DNA from: Candidatus Binatota bacterium
Lineage (GTDB): Bacteria; Desulfobacterota; Binatia; UBA1149; CAITLU01
Length of the DNA: 64,000 nt
Reading direction: 5' to 3'
Assembly: GCA_024276575.1 (NCBI GenBank)
Contig: JAJRWY010000312.1
Coordinates: forward strand, 1,161 to 65,160
The translations under genes and the position numbers were made by a program. How positions within the stretch are numbered: position 1 is the first letter of the stretch; each line of letters opens with the position of its first letter. Shown in pieces: positions 36,333 through 46,358 of the stretch. The notes under the pieces were generated by a model that saw nothing but the letters and a program-made list of their open reading frames with translations, was not told the origin of the DNA and searched no databases.

Positions 36333-37067
36333 ATGTCGCGTCGTGTAGAGTTACAGGGGCTTCGCAATTTTCGAGATCTGGGTGGGTTTAACACCCACGA
36401 CGGGCGCCGTACGGCTACCGGGCGCTTGTTTCGCTCCGACGGCTTGCACCGTGTCAGCGCCGCCGACCTTCGCTTACTCGAAGCGATGTCGATACGCAGG
36501 GTCTACGACCTGCGTAGCCAGATCGAGTTGGATAATGACGGAGTCGGGCCGTTTGCAGGGGCCGCCGGACGGCACCGGCATATGCCTCTTATCAAGGTCA
36601 GTTTGAACCCTTACGATCCCGATCTCGATTGGAAAACGATGGACTTGCGCAACCGCTACTACGAAATGCTGTGCGAAGGCGCTGCAACTATAGCCGCCAT
36701 ACTCGGTGAACTGTCGGTGGCCGGTTGCGAGCCTGCGGTTTTTCACTGCAGTGGGGGCAAGGATCGCACGGGAGTGCTCGCTGCGGTTATTCTGCGGAGT
36801 TTAGGGGTAGCCGATGATGATATCGTAGCCGACTATGCTCTGTCGGAACGCTATCTCTCGCCGGTGGTCGAGCGCTACCGGGAGGCTATGGAGGCCGGAG
36901 GTATAGACGAAGAGACGGTTTCGTATCTTATCTCGAGTCCGCCCGAGCGAATGATTCATACCCTGAACAAGATGGACGAGTGTTGGGGCGGGATCCGCGG
37001 TTACTTGGATGCGATTGGGGTGAGCGAACGACAGGTCCGCGGTCTCGAGCGCAATCTGTTGATATGA
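36333..37067 (+). CDS. Protein-tyrosine-phosphatase-like protein (CX5R active site; Y_phosphatase3/DSP-like)
   Basis: Active-site motif HCSGGKDRTG. Confidence 0.75.
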   Translation: MSRRVELQGLRNFRDLGGFNTHDGRRTATGRLFRSDGLHRVSAADLRLLEAMSIRRVYDLRSQIELDNDGVGPFAGAAGRHRHMPLIKVSLNPYDPDLDWKTMDLRNRYYEMLCEGAATIAAILGELSVAGCEPAVFHCSGGKDRTGVLAAVILRSLGVADDDIVADYALSERYLSPVVERYREAMEAGGIDEETVSYLISSPPERMIHTLNKMDECWGGIRGYLDAIGVSERQVRGLERNLLI

Positions 37068-37245
37068 TGTTGATCTGAACCGGCTCGAACTGCCGGTCGC
37101 GGGGACTCTGGCCCGGCTCCAGAAGGGCGGGGAGTCGTTGCAACCGCCCCCCTTCTGCACTGTCCATGTCGACTCGACTCAGCCAGCGCCTCCCGGCACT
37201 TTCGACGGGGCCTCGGGCCTTCAGTGACTGGCTGCGCCGCAGGGG

Positions 37246-37947
37246 CTATAGCGATCCGCTTGGTCCCGAGTCCTCTTGCACCGCAAGAGGACTCGCACTC
37301 CCGCGCAATTCAGCGAGCTTGCGCTGTGCCTCGAGCGCGCTCTCGCTGTCCGGGTAGGTGTCGAGAACATACGAGTAGCGCGCCATCGCCGCTTCCTTGC
37401 GGTCGTGTTCCAGATAATAGTCGCCGACGTAGAGCTCATGCCTAGCGAGATGCTCGATGCTCTGCCGTAGCCGGAAGCTGGCTAGTGTAGAGTAGATGGA
37501 ATCGGGATACCTTTGCAGCAGGCGCTCGAACTGTCGTTTGGCCTGGGCAGAAGCCGAAGTGTCACGGTCTCCGTCAAGCGCCCGGTCGAGGTGGCACATT
37601 CCCACAGTGTATTCCACGAAAGGAAGGCGGTCGCTGACCGGGTAGAGCCTCTCGAAGTCGTTGAAAGCCGCGATGGCCTTCTCGTATTGGGCGGTTAGGT
37701 AGTAAGCCTGCGCGATCTTGATGCTGGCGCTCTCAGCGTATTCAGAGAAGGGGAACTGCTCGAGCAACTCTTCATAGTTACCGATGGCTTGAATGTAATT
37801 GCGGTGTTCGAAATAACGCGAAGCTTCGTCTTCCAGCTCGTCCTCGGTGAGTGGGGCGGGCGCCCCGCAAGCCGAGATCAGTATAAGGGTGGAGACTATG
37901 AGCAGGGCGCTTCGGTAGCGCCGCAATATGTGCTTAGGGCCGTTCAT
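37246..37947 (-). CDS. bamD: BamD/YfiO-like TPR lipoprotein (outer-membrane protein assembly factor-like)
   Basis: Lipoprotein signal LILISAC followed by TPR-like repeats with typical BamD spacing. The track ORF's 72-aa N-terminal extension was rejected. Confidence 0.6.
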   Translation of the reverse strand: MNGPKHILRRYRSALLIVSTLILISACGAPAPLTEDELEDEASRYFEHRNYIQAIGNYEELLEQFPFSEYAESASIKIAQAYYLTAQYEKAIAAFNDFERLYPVSDRLPFVEYTVGMCHLDRALDGDRDTSASAQAKRQFERLLQRYPDSIYSTLASFRLRQSIEHLARHELYVGDYYLEHDRKEAAMARYSYVLDTYPDSESALEAQRKLAELRGSASPLAVQEDSGPSGSL

Positions 37948-37985
37948 ACTTGTGTAAAGCTTAGCGATGTTACGCTGCCCGGTCC

Positions 37986-38015
37986 ACAGCAACCGTGGGC
38001 ACAGCAACCGTGGGC
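37986..38015. repeat. Perfect 15-bp tandem duplication (ACAGCAACCGTGGGC x2) in a divergent intergenic region
   Basis: Read directly from the sequence, between bamD-like (minus) and arsA-like (plus). Confidence 0.9.
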
Positions 38016-38129
38016 AAGAGTCCGCGGGCTGGTGTCCGGCGCTTCTTCGAGACGGTGTCTCCGGCAGGATCGGTGGCGGCCTGTTCGGCAGTGTATCGTT
38101 GCATGGTCCACAAGACAGCAAGGGGACGC

Positions 38130-38161
38130 CGGCAAGCCTGCAACCGGCAAGGCAAGCCTGC
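38130..38161. repeat. Direct repeat GGCAAGCCTGCA x2 (about 8-nt spacing) in the leader of the arsA-like gene
   Basis: Read directly from the sequence, about 70 nt upstream of the predicted start at 38230. Confidence 0.8.
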
Positions 38162-38229
38162 ACACAGTGCGCTGGCCTGCATCCCGGTTGACCCGCGAAT
38201 GGGCAAGAAGTAAGGCCGGGAGTGTTTTG

Positions 38230-39198
38230 ATGAGCAAACGGCTGCAGTTCGTCGTCGGTAAGGGGGGAGTGGGCAAATCTACAGTGGCGGCCGCACTTGC
38301 CGTCGCTGCCGCCGGCCCTAACGAGCGGGTCTTACTACTGGAGTTGGGCGCGCCTGGAGGAGCCGCGCGATTGTTGTCTCCGGGTAAGCCCGGCCGGGGC
38401 CCGGTCGAAGTCCTCGACGGGCTCTATCTGGACTGCGTGGAAGGCGATGCTGCGCTGGCGGAGTACCTGGAGTTGGTCGTTCCCATACGCCGTCTTCTGC
38501 GTTTGGTTTTCGAGAGTAATCTTTACCGTAGTTTCGTCGCGGCAGCGCCAGGTCTCAAAGAGCTGATGACGATGGGAAAGATCTGGTTCGAAGCCGAGAG
38601 ACGCGATGCCGCCGGCAAGCCGCTATGGGATTGTATAGTGGTCGATGCCGGGGCATCCGGGCACAGTCTGAAGTACTTACAGATGCCGGCTACTGCCGCG
38701 GCGACCTTCAAATCGGGTTTGGTACATCGAGAGTCTCAACGCGTGGAAGCGCTACTCGAGGATCCATCGCTCTCGGTGGTGCACGTGGTCGCGTCTCCCG
38801 AAGACATGCCGCTGTTTGAAGCTGCCGAGATCGTCGAGAAACTCAACGGCCCTTTGTCGATGCCGTTCGGAAAGTTGTTCGTCAACCGTTGCCGGGAGCG
38901 ACCGCCTGAAGGCGCCGGTACGGCTGTCGACAGCTTGCGGCGGTTTACCCCACTTCCCGAGCAGCGGGCCTTGCGTGACGCTGTCGTCGATGCCGCGGCA
39001 TCCTGCCTGGGCTGGTACCGGGTGCAAGAGCGCGGTATCGCGGCGGTCGAGGACCGCCTAGGTCTGCGGGTCTGCAGGCTTCCCTTGCAGCAGAGCGAAG
39101 AATTCGGCTTAGCCGAGTTACGCCTGCTGGCTTCACTGGTCAAGGACGCGGTGCAGGACCCCGGGGGCACTAGCGACTCCCGCGACGAGGTTTCATGA
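38230..39198 (+). CDS. ArsA/GET3-family P-loop ATPase, divergent paralogue (first of a tandem pair)
   Basis: P-loop VVGKGGVGKST and A-loop-like DAGASGHSL. It lacks the canonical DPA motif (LLELGAPGG in its place). The track ORF's upstream extension was rejected. Confidence 0.75.
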   Translation: MSKRLQFVVGKGGVGKSTVAAALAVAAAGPNERVLLLELGAPGGAARLLSPGKPGRGPVEVLDGLYLDCVEGDAALAEYLELVVPIRRLLRLVFESNLYRSFVAAAPGLKELMTMGKIWFEAERRDAAGKPLWDCIVVDAGASGHSLKYLQMPATAAATFKSGLVHRESQRVEALLEDPSLSVVHVVASPEDMPLFEAAEIVEKLNGPLSMPFGKLFVNRCRERPPEGAGTAVDSLRRFTPLPEQRALRDAVVDAAASCLGWYRVQERGIAAVEDRLGLRVCRLPLQQSEEFGLAELRLLASLVKDAVQDPGGTSDSRDEVS

Positions 39199-39299
39199 AT
39201 AATGCGGGATAAGGAACATCCCCGCGATGCTATGACCGAGCATGACATTGTCGGGGCGGTAGAAGAACCGGCTGCAGGTGTATTGGAGGACTCTAGCGA

Positions 39300-40436
39300 G
39301 TGAGCTTGGCGCAACTACTTGATGGCCACCGGGTGGTTGTTTGTGTGGGAACCGGCGGCGTGGGCAAGACCACAGTTTCGGCGTCGCTCGCACTGCACGC
39401 AGCGATGCAAGGCCGCCGCGCGATGGTTCTGACCATCGATCCAGCCCAGCGCCTGGCACAATCGCTGGGTTTGGACACCCTGCGGTCGGGCGGAGAAGTG
39501 ATCCCCGAACGGCTCGTGCACGAAGCTGGACTCGAACTGCCGGGCGAGCTGAGCGCGGGAATGCTGGACCAGAAAAGCGCCTGGGATGATTTCATAGGAC
39601 GTCATGCTCCCAACTCCGAGATTCGCAATGCCATTTTGGACAACGACTTCTATTTGCACTTGTCGCAATCGTTTGCGGGATCGGTGGAATACATGGCTAT
39701 CGAGGAGCTTTGCCGGGTCGAGGAGTCGAACGATTATGATCTCATCGTGCTCGACACCCCCCCTACGGGCCATGCCCTGGACTTCCTAGAAGCTCCGGCG
39801 CGGCTCGAGGCTTTTCTGGACCGCAATGTGGTCAGTTGGTTGGTCAAGCCCTATGTGTCCGTGGGCTGGTCTGCGTGGAAAGGCGGGAGCAGGACAGTGC
39901 AGTTTCTATTGCAAAAGATAGAAGATGCTACGGGGCTACAGACCCTTTCCGACGTATCCAAATTTTTCATTGCCATGGAAGAGTTGTTCGACGGCATCGC
40001 CGATCGAAGCCGCAAGGTGAGGGCCCTGTTGCGAGGAGATTCTACCGCCTTCGTGCTCGTCGCCGCTTGCGAGGAGCAGGTCCTCGGGGAAGCGGAGGAT
40101 CTGACCGCTAAGATGGAGAAGCTCGGAGTCAGCTTGAAAGCGGTAGTTATGAACCGCGTGCATCTGTCGCCGGCCGTAGACGCCGAGGTCTCAGCCGATG
40201 CTGTGTCTGATTTGCTGGAGCGGGCATCTGTGGCCGGAGCGGACCCCGCGTTAGCCGGTTGGTTGCGGCAAACTTTCTCGAACGCATACCGTACGGCGCT
40301 TGCCGAAGCAGTCAGACGCGAGGCTTTCGAAGCTGAATTGCCTAGCGGTGTCGTCAGCGCAGCGATTCCCGAAATGCCGCACGACGTGCATGATCTTCGA
40401 GCTCTTGCTGTGATCGCCTCTTATTTGTCGGCGTGA
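39300..40436 (+). CDS. ArsA/GET3-family P-loop ATPase, canonical (second of the tandem pair)
   Basis: P-loop GTGGVGKTT, TIDPAQRLAQSLG (DPA) and DTPPTGHALDFL (DTAPTGH-type) motifs. Confidence 0.85.
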   Translation: MSLAQLLDGHRVVVCVGTGGVGKTTVSASLALHAAMQGRRAMVLTIDPAQRLAQSLGLDTLRSGGEVIPERLVHEAGLELPGELSAGMLDQKSAWDDFIGRHAPNSEIRNAILDNDFYLHLSQSFAGSVEYMAIEELCRVEESNDYDLIVLDTPPTGHALDFLEAPARLEAFLDRNVVSWLVKPYVSVGWSAWKGGSRTVQFLLQKIEDATGLQTLSDVSKFFIAMEELFDGIADRSRKVRALLRGDSTAFVLVAACEEQVLGEAEDLTAKMEKLGVSLKAVVMNRVHLSPAVDAEVSADAVSDLLERASVAGADPALAGWLRQTFSNAYRTALAEAVRREAFEAELPSGVVSAAIPEMPHDVHDLRALAVIASYLSA

Positions 40437-41641
40437 GTTCCGGATTCTTCCGCCGCTGCGAGATCGACGCCGAGGGATGCCGAAAGAGCCTTGCGGTAGC
40501 ATTGCTCGGCCAGCCGGTCTTGGGAACGCAAACGGTGCAGTTCTCCCTCCAGAGCAAGCTTCAAGGGCGGGTTGAACCCCGGGTCGACTTCGCTTAGGAG
40601 CCGCTCGGCATCTTCCAATCGTCCGTCTTTCAAAGCGTAACCAGCGATGTGGAGTTTGAGGGCTTGGTCTTCGGGGCGGGAGGCTAGAAGCTTGCGATGA
40701 ACTTTCAACAAGCGGCTACGCCGGCCGCTGTCCGCGAGCTGTTGCTCCAACTCTTCGAGTATTCCCAGATGTGCGACCGTTTTTAGGCCTTTCTCCAGGA
40801 CCCGCAATGCGGCACGCCGCGCGCCTCGTTCAGACAGCAGCTTGGCACGAAGGATGATCGCCGGGGCGAAGCCGGGAGCAGATGATATTATGGATTTCAG
40901 CGCGGCTTCCCGCCGCTCGCTTTCCATGTGTTTGGCTACAGAGAACCGGTAGCGTATCAGCCTGTGTTTTTCGTCTTCGTCGTCCGGCTTTAGAGCGGTC
41001 AGACGGTACTGGATCTCCTCGAGTCGTTGCCAGGATCCCGCCGCTTCGAGGACGTCACGCAGTAAAGTTATCAAGGCCGCACTGGCGGGGTAGGTGGCCA
41101 GCGCCCGTTCCAGAGCCACTGCGGCAGCCGCGTAATCGCCTAGGGCATAGCAGACTTCGCCGATAGCGTGCAGCAGAAGGGGATCGTTGCCGAAGTCATC
41201 GATGCCGTTCTCCAACACCTTGCGGGCCTCTTTCAGCGCGCCCTCGCGGCGGTAGCTCTCCGCGTATTCGAGCAGGTCGAGAAGCGTCGACTCGCTTCTC
41301 TTGGTGGCACGGGTGAGCAGAGTGCGTGCACGCAGGTGCTGGCCGGCCAGAGCGAGAGATCGCGATTCGGTCTTCAAGCGGCAGTTTCGCTCGGCGTGGC
41401 GGCGCTCACGATTCATCGACCAGCGCCGTAGCGCCCAGCGGCCTTCTCTGAGCAGGAGCAGCAAGAATACCAGTGCAGCGCCGAGCATGGTGCTGGCTAT
41501 GATGATGGCCCCGAGAGAGAGTTCGTAACGGAAGGCCGGCGGCAGCTTGACTACCGAGGGTTGCGGGTTGAGGTAGACCAAGCTCGCGACGGCGGCGATC
41601 AGGGCGACGATCAGTAGGAAGGTGGCTGTGCGGCGGATCAT
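40421..41641 (-). CDS. Membrane-anchored TPR-repeat protein (N-terminal TM helices plus TPRs; HemY/LapB-like architecture without a rubredoxin domain)
   Basis: Two N-terminal hydrophobic helices followed by multiple TPR-like repeats. Confidence 0.6.
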   Translation of the reverse strand: MIRRTATFLLIVALIAAVASLVYLNPQPSVVKLPPAFRYELSLGAIIIASTMLGAALVFLLLLLREGRWALRRWSMNRERRHAERNCRLKTESRSLALAGQHLRARTLLTRATKRSESTLLDLLEYAESYRREGALKEARKVLENGIDDFGNDPLLLHAIGEVCYALGDYAAAAVALERALATYPASAALITLLRDVLEAAGSWQRLEEIQYRLTALKPDDEDEKHRLIRYRFSVAKHMESERREAALKSIISSAPGFAPAIILRAKLLSERGARRAALRVLEKGLKTVAHLGILEELEQQLADSGRRSRLLKVHRKLLASRPEDQALKLHIAGYALKDGRLEDAERLLSEVDPGFNPPLKLALEGELHRLRSQDRLAEQCYRKALSASLGVDLAAAEESGTHADK

Positions 41642-42030
41642 TGTGAGCCTGAAGCAGTCTTCTTAGCCGACCCGTCCTCGTAGTTCCAACGCGGCGACTG
41701 TCCCCATAGCCTTTCGAGGTCGTAAAGAGCGCGGAACTGTTGTTGAAAGACGTGAACTACGATGTCGCCGTAGTCGAGAAGGGCCCAAAGCCCGTTTTCC
41801 AAGCCTTCTGTGGACAGGGGCCGCTTGGCCGAGCGGTCGCGCATGCCTTCTTCTATGCGGGCACAGATCGCGTCAACTTGAATGTGGGAGCGTCCGGTGC
41901 AGATGATGAAATAATCTGCTACCGAGGATCGCTCTGCTATATCTATTATGGTGATGTCCTGGGCTTTGCGCTCAGCGGCAAGATCGGCAATAGCGAGCGC
42001 TTGCTGCCGGGTCGATAAAGTTTCGCTCAA
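41638..42030 (-). CDS. rsfS: Ribosomal silencing factor RsfS (Iojap)
   Basis: DITIIDIAERSSVADYFIICTGRSHIQVDAI and GDIVVHVFQQQFRALYDLERLW. Conserved position after nadD. Confidence 0.88.
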   Translation of the reverse strand: MSETLSTRQQALAIADLAAERKAQDITIIDIAERSSVADYFIICTGRSHIQVDAICARIEEGMRDRSAKRPLSTEGLENGLWALLDYGDIVVHVFQQQFRALYDLERLWGQSPRWNYEDGSAKKTASGSQ

Positions 42031-42036
42031 GTTTCG

Positions 42037-42741
42037 TCAACTCCGTTTGACTGCTCGGTACAGTCCATGTTCGAGGATGTAGCGGGCTACCGCAGGCCCG
42101 CACAGATCGGCAATTTCCCCGTCTTGACGGGCCCTTCGCCTGATTTCAGTCGAAGATATATCGAGGGCTGTGATTTGCTGGCCGATCACTCTGTGGCCGC
42201 TGCTGTGCAGGTAGCAGCCGGCTTCAGAATCATAACAAGCGTCGGACAGGGCGGCAATTGCAGGGAAAGGGGGCAGCTTAGCCTTTCCCCGGGGTTGGCT
42301 GCTGCCGCGGCCACCGGCGCGATCCAACTCGTGTCCGGGCCTGCCGGTTACTAACAAATGGCATAGCTCGAGGATCTCGCCCGCGCGGTACCAGGTGTCC
42401 AATTCGACGAAAGCATCCACGCCCAGAATCAAATACAACTCGCAGCCGGGGTAGCGCGTTCTCAGTGTCTTCAGCGTGTCGTATGTGTAGGAAAGGCCGG
42501 GCCGTCCGGCCTCCAAAGCGCTCGGCTCGAGGCGGGGGTCTTCGGCGGTCGCAAGACGTAACATTTCCATGCGGCATTGAACCGGGGCGGGTGTTTGGCC
42601 GGGTTTGTGGGGCGGGCGGGCCGAGAGCACCAACAATACTTTAGATAAATCGAAGTTGTGCGCACTGTCGCGGGCGCACGCGATGTGCCCGCGATGTACG
42701 GGATCGAAGGTGCCGCCGAGAATCCCCAGCTGCATCACCAC
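42037..42741 (-). CDS. nadD: Nicotinate-nucleotide adenylyltransferase
   Basis: ILGGTFDPVHRGH (HxGH) motif near the N-terminus. Confidence 0.88.
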   Translation of the reverse strand: MVMQLGILGGTFDPVHRGHIACARDSAHNFDLSKVLLVLSARPPHKPGQTPAPVQCRMEMLRLATAEDPRLEPSALEAGRPGLSYTYDTLKTLRTRYPGCELYLILGVDAFVELDTWYRAGEILELCHLLVTGRPGHELDRAGGRGSSQPRGKAKLPPFPAIAALSDACYDSEAGCYLHSSGHRVIGQQITALDISSTEIRRRARQDGEIADLCGPAVARYILEHGLYRAVKRS

Positions 42742-43998
42742 TTAACGCAACTGCCCCTGGCCGCGAACCACGTACTTGTAAGTGGTCAACTCTCGAAGCC
42801 CCATCGGTCCGCGGGCATGCAGGCGGTTGGTCGAAATACCGACTTCGGCTCCGAAACCGAACGCGAAGCCGTCGGTGAAACGAGTGGAGGCATTCACGTA
42901 TACGACGGCGGAGTCTACCCGGTCGAGGAACTTATCCGCCGCCACTTCGTCTACGGTGACGATGCTGTCGGAATGGCCGGACCCGTAGTGATTGACGAAA
43001 TCGATGGCTTCGTCGAGCGAGGAGACGACCTTGACTGCGACTATGAGGTCCAAATATTCACGCGACCAATCGTCTTCGACGGCTTGACGGGCACCGGGCA
43101 GTAGGGTGCAGGTTTTATCGTCGCCGCGTATCTCTACCCCGGCCTCTTCGAAGCGCGGCCCGATTGTGGCAAAGAATTCCTCGGCTACGCTTTCGTGGAC
43201 CAGCAGATTTTCCATCGCGTTGCACACGCCGGGCCGCTGGACCTTGGCGTTGAAGGCGATATCGGCAGCCATGGCCAAGTCGGCGGCGCTATCAACGTAG
43301 ACGTGGCAGACCCCTTCATAGTGCTTGATGACAGGAATGTTGGAATGTTGCGCCACCGCACGGACCAAACCGGGGCCTCCGCGGGGAATTATCACATCAA
43401 TGAATTCTTCCGCTTCGAGCATCGCCTGGGTGTCACTTCTTTCGGTGCTGCGTATCAGCTGAACGGCATCTTCAGGCACTCCGGCCGAGCAAAGTTCTTC
43501 AGCCAAGAGATCGGCGATGATGCTGTTCGAGGCGATAGCCTCTTTGCCGCCCTTCAGCACCACCGCGTTTCCGGATTTTACGCATAGGGCTGCGACGTCG
43601 GCGGTCACGTTGGGACGCGATTCGTAGATGACGCCGATTACTCCGATCGGGATGCGGCGTTGCTCTATGTCCAGCCCTGAAGGTGCCTGCCAGCTCCGTA
43701 TGGGCTCGAGCAGAGGATCGGGAAGTTCGGCCACCGCTTCCAGGCCTGCCGCCATCGACTCTATTCTTTCGCGACTGAGCAGCAGGCGATCCAGAAGTGC
43801 GGCGGAAAGGCCGCCGGCGCGCCCCGCTCCCAGGTCTTTGCGATTGCGTTCTTCGATCAAGGCCGCATCCCGGCGCAACCGTGTAGCGGCAGCCTGCAAG
43901 GCGGCACTACGCGTATTATCGTCGATCTGTGATAGCCGCTGCGCCGCGTGACGTGCGCGACGGCATAGATCGAGCACCGTCCCGTTGTTGTCGTTCAC
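42742..43998 (-). CDS. proA: Gamma-glutamyl phosphate reductase
   Basis: Aldehyde dehydrogenase-family fold with ProA-typical length and sequence. The ATG overlaps the proB stop (ATGA). Confidence 0.9.
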   Translation of the reverse strand: MNDNNGTVLDLCRRARHAAQRLSQIDDNTRSAALQAAATRLRRDAALIEERNRKDLGAGRAGGLSAALLDRLLLSRERIESMAAGLEAVAELPDPLLEPIRSWQAPSGLDIEQRRIPIGVIGVIYESRPNVTADVAALCVKSGNAVVLKGGKEAIASNSIIADLLAEELCSAGVPEDAVQLIRSTERSDTQAMLEAEEFIDVIIPRGGPGLVRAVAQHSNIPVIKHYEGVCHVYVDSAADLAMAADIAFNAKVQRPGVCNAMENLLVHESVAEEFFATIGPRFEEAGVEIRGDDKTCTLLPGARQAVEDDWSREYLDLIVAVKVVSSLDEAIDFVNHYGSGHSDSIVTVDEVAADKFLDRVDSAVVYVNASTRFTDGFAFGFGAEVGISTNRLHARGPMGLRELTTYKYVVRGQGQLR

Positions 43999-45170
43999 TT
44001 TCGGCCTCCTCGTTCACTGTTTCCTCCGCTTTGCTCCTCGACGTCGCGAAGCAGAACTAGGTCGTCTCGATGTATCAGTTCATCGCAAATGTAGTAACCC
44101 AACTCGCTCTCGATCGCGGAACTGGATTTGCCCAGTAGCGCCCGGCAGTCGCCGGCGTCATAGGAGACCAGTCCGCGGGCCACTTCGACGCCGTCTGCGG
44201 ATTCGCAGGCAACGCAAGCACCGGCACGGAAGTCACCGTGGGCTGCGGTCACACCTGCGGGCAACAAGCTTGCCCCACGTTCGCAGATTGCCTTGACCGC
44301 GCCCTCATCGAGCAGCAGGCGCCCCTGGACGGGTACTCCGTAGGCGATCCAGTACTTACGATTGGAGATCGGAGAATCCGACGGTAGGAACAGGGTGCCT
44401 ACCGAATCGTCCGCGCTCAAGATGCGCCCGAGAGTGCCCGCTTCGAGACCGTTGGCTACTACGACCGGTATGCCGCGATGGCCGGCGCTTCGCGCTGCGA
44501 GTAGCTTGCTTCGCATCCCGCCGCTTCCCAACCGGCCGGACTGTCCGCCCCCTGCGAGGTCGAGGCCTGGTCCTTTGATCACCTCGACGAGCTTGGAGCC
44601 TTGGGTCTGAGGGTCGCCCGAGTAGACCCCGTCGACGTCCGTGAGCATGATCAGTAAATCGGCCTCGGCGAGTCCGGCAACCAGCGCCGACAGGCGGTCG
44701 TTATCGCCGAACTTCAACTCGTCGATGGCTACCGAATCGTTTTCATTGACGATCGGGACGATGCGGTTCTCGAGTAGGTGGTTGAGCGTTCGTTTGGCGT
44801 TGATGTACTGGCTGCGATCGCGCAGGCCGGTCGCGGTCAGTAGCACCTGCCCAACGTGCTTGCCATGGTCGGCGAAAAATTCCTCGTACAGCGACATCAG
44901 GCCTATTTGGCCGATCGCCGCCGCCGCTTGCTGTTCGGGGATTCTAGTGGGCATGCGTTTCAAGCCCAGGCGCGCCAGCCCGGCTGCCCGCGCCCCGGAA
45001 GTGACGACGACGATCTCGTATCCGTCCTCGTGCAGCCTCGAGATCTCCGCGACGATGCGGCCTACGCGTTCGCGGTGCACTCCCGACTCGGTAGCAACGA
45101 TGCTGCTGCCCAGCTTGACGACCAAGCGTCGTGCCTGCCGGAACAGGCTGTGCTTATATTGCCTGTGCAT
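43995..45170 (-). CDS. proB: Glutamate 5-kinase (with PUA domain)
   Basis: N-terminal RLVVKLGSSIV amino-acid-kinase motif and a C-terminal PUA-like region. Confidence 0.9.
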   Translation of the reverse strand: MHRQYKHSLFRQARRLVVKLGSSIVATESGVHRERVGRIVAEISRLHEDGYEIVVVTSGARAAGLARLGLKRMPTRIPEQQAAAAIGQIGLMSLYEEFFADHGKHVGQVLLTATGLRDRSQYINAKRTLNHLLENRIVPIVNENDSVAIDELKFGDNDRLSALVAGLAEADLLIMLTDVDGVYSGDPQTQGSKLVEVIKGPGLDLAGGGQSGRLGSGGMRSKLLAARSAGHRGIPVVVANGLEAGTLGRILSADDSVGTLFLPSDSPISNRKYWIAYGVPVQGRLLLDEGAVKAICERGASLLPAGVTAAHGDFRAGACVACESADGVEVARGLVSYDAGDCRALLGKSSSAIESELGYYICDELIHRDDLVLLRDVEEQSGGNSERGGRK

Positions 45171-45284
45171 CTCTCGTCTCTCGTCGATTCCTGCCGTCCC
45201 TACGGTTCCTGCAAATTCTATTGCCGCTGCGATCCGAGCCCCCCGGCTCCGTTACCGCTGCTATGGCGCCGGCGTGTTTTTACA

Positions 45285-46334
45285 TCAGTCGGTAGCGGCA
45301 GAACCCGGGTCAACCTCAGCCTGCCTCGCTCGCAGTTCCACAACTTTACGGCCGAGCATGGAGATAATTTCCCGGCAGCCTTCGCCGGTGGCCGATGACA
45401 GCGCGAGGAGTTCGAGTCCACGCTGTTCGAAGTATCGTTTCAGTTCGGGAAACATCGCCGCCGATTCCGGCAGGTCTAGCTTCGACATCGCGACCACCTG
45501 CGGACGTCGCACTATCTGTGGCGAGTAAGACTCCAATTCCGCGTTCACCGCGTCGAAATCCCTCATTACCTGCTCGGGGCCCTTCATGCTGGCATCGAGC
45601 AGGTGCAGTAGCATGGCACTGCGGCTTACATGCTTGAGAAACTGCAACCCCAATCCGTGGCCTTCGTGGGCGCCCTCTATCAAGCCGGGGAGGTCGGCGA
45701 TTACGAAACTTCCTCCATCCTCGTTCCACTTTACCACGCCGAGCGTGGGGGCGAGCGATGTGAATGGATACGCGCCGATCTTGGGCTTGGCTGCACTTAC
45801 GCGTGCCACCAAGCTCGATTTCCCGGCGTTCGGCAAGCCTATCACTCCGACATCCGCCAGTAGCCTGAGTTCCAGACGCAAGTTACGTTTCTCGCCAGGC
45901 GTGCCAGGGTCGGCCCGGCGCGGAGCCTGATTGACCGAGGTGGCGAATCGAGCGTTGCCACGGCCGCCGCGGCCACCGTACACCAGTACCGCCTCCTGCC
46001 CAGGACGCGTCAAGTCGGCTATGGTTTCGCCACTGCTCTCGTCGATGATCAAAGTTCCGACCGGAACCGTCAGGACCGTGTCCCGTGCGGCCGCGCCGTG
46101 CCGGCTCTTGCCGCTACCGTTTTCTCCGCGGTCGGCCTTGATCAAGTCTTTGTAGCGGTAGTCGAGCAGGGTGCTCATGCCGGCATCGGCGATGGCGATG
46201 ATGGAGCCCCCGTCGCCCCCGTCGCCCCCGGCAGGGCCACCCTTGGGCCGGTACTTCTCCCGCAGAAAAGCGCTACAGCCGTCGCCCCCGTCGCCTGCCC
46301 AAACCCGAAGCCGGGCTTCGTCGACGAATGTCAT
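45285..46334 (-). CDS. obg: GTPase Obg/CgtA
   Basis: Obg fold N-terminus FVDEARLRVWAGDGGDGCSAF. G1 GLPNAGKSSL, G3 DLPG, and G4 NKLD-type MSKLD. Confidence 0.92.
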   Translation of the reverse strand: MTFVDEARLRVWAGDGGDGCSAFLREKYRPKGGPAGGDGGDGGSIIAIADAGMSTLLDYRYKDLIKADRGENGSGKSRHGAAARDTVLTVPVGTLIIDESSGETIADLTRPGQEAVLVYGGRGGRGNARFATSVNQAPRRADPGTPGEKRNLRLELRLLADVGVIGLPNAGKSSLVARVSAAKPKIGAYPFTSLAPTLGVVKWNEDGGSFVIADLPGLIEGAHEGHGLGLQFLKHVSRSAMLLHLLDASMKGPEQVMRDFDAVNAELESYSPQIVRRPQVVAMSKLDLPESAAMFPELKRYFEQRGLELLALSSATGEGCREIISMLGRKVVELRARQAEVDPGSAATD

Positions 46335-46358
46335 GGATTCCGCCTGTCGCGAGCGCGA

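Noticed and set aside
37789-38229. 147-aa N-terminal extension of the first arsA-like ORF
   Set aside because: It covers the divergent promoter region with its direct repeats and overlaps the bamD-like gene. The P-loop protein starts at MSKRLQFVVGKGGVGKST.
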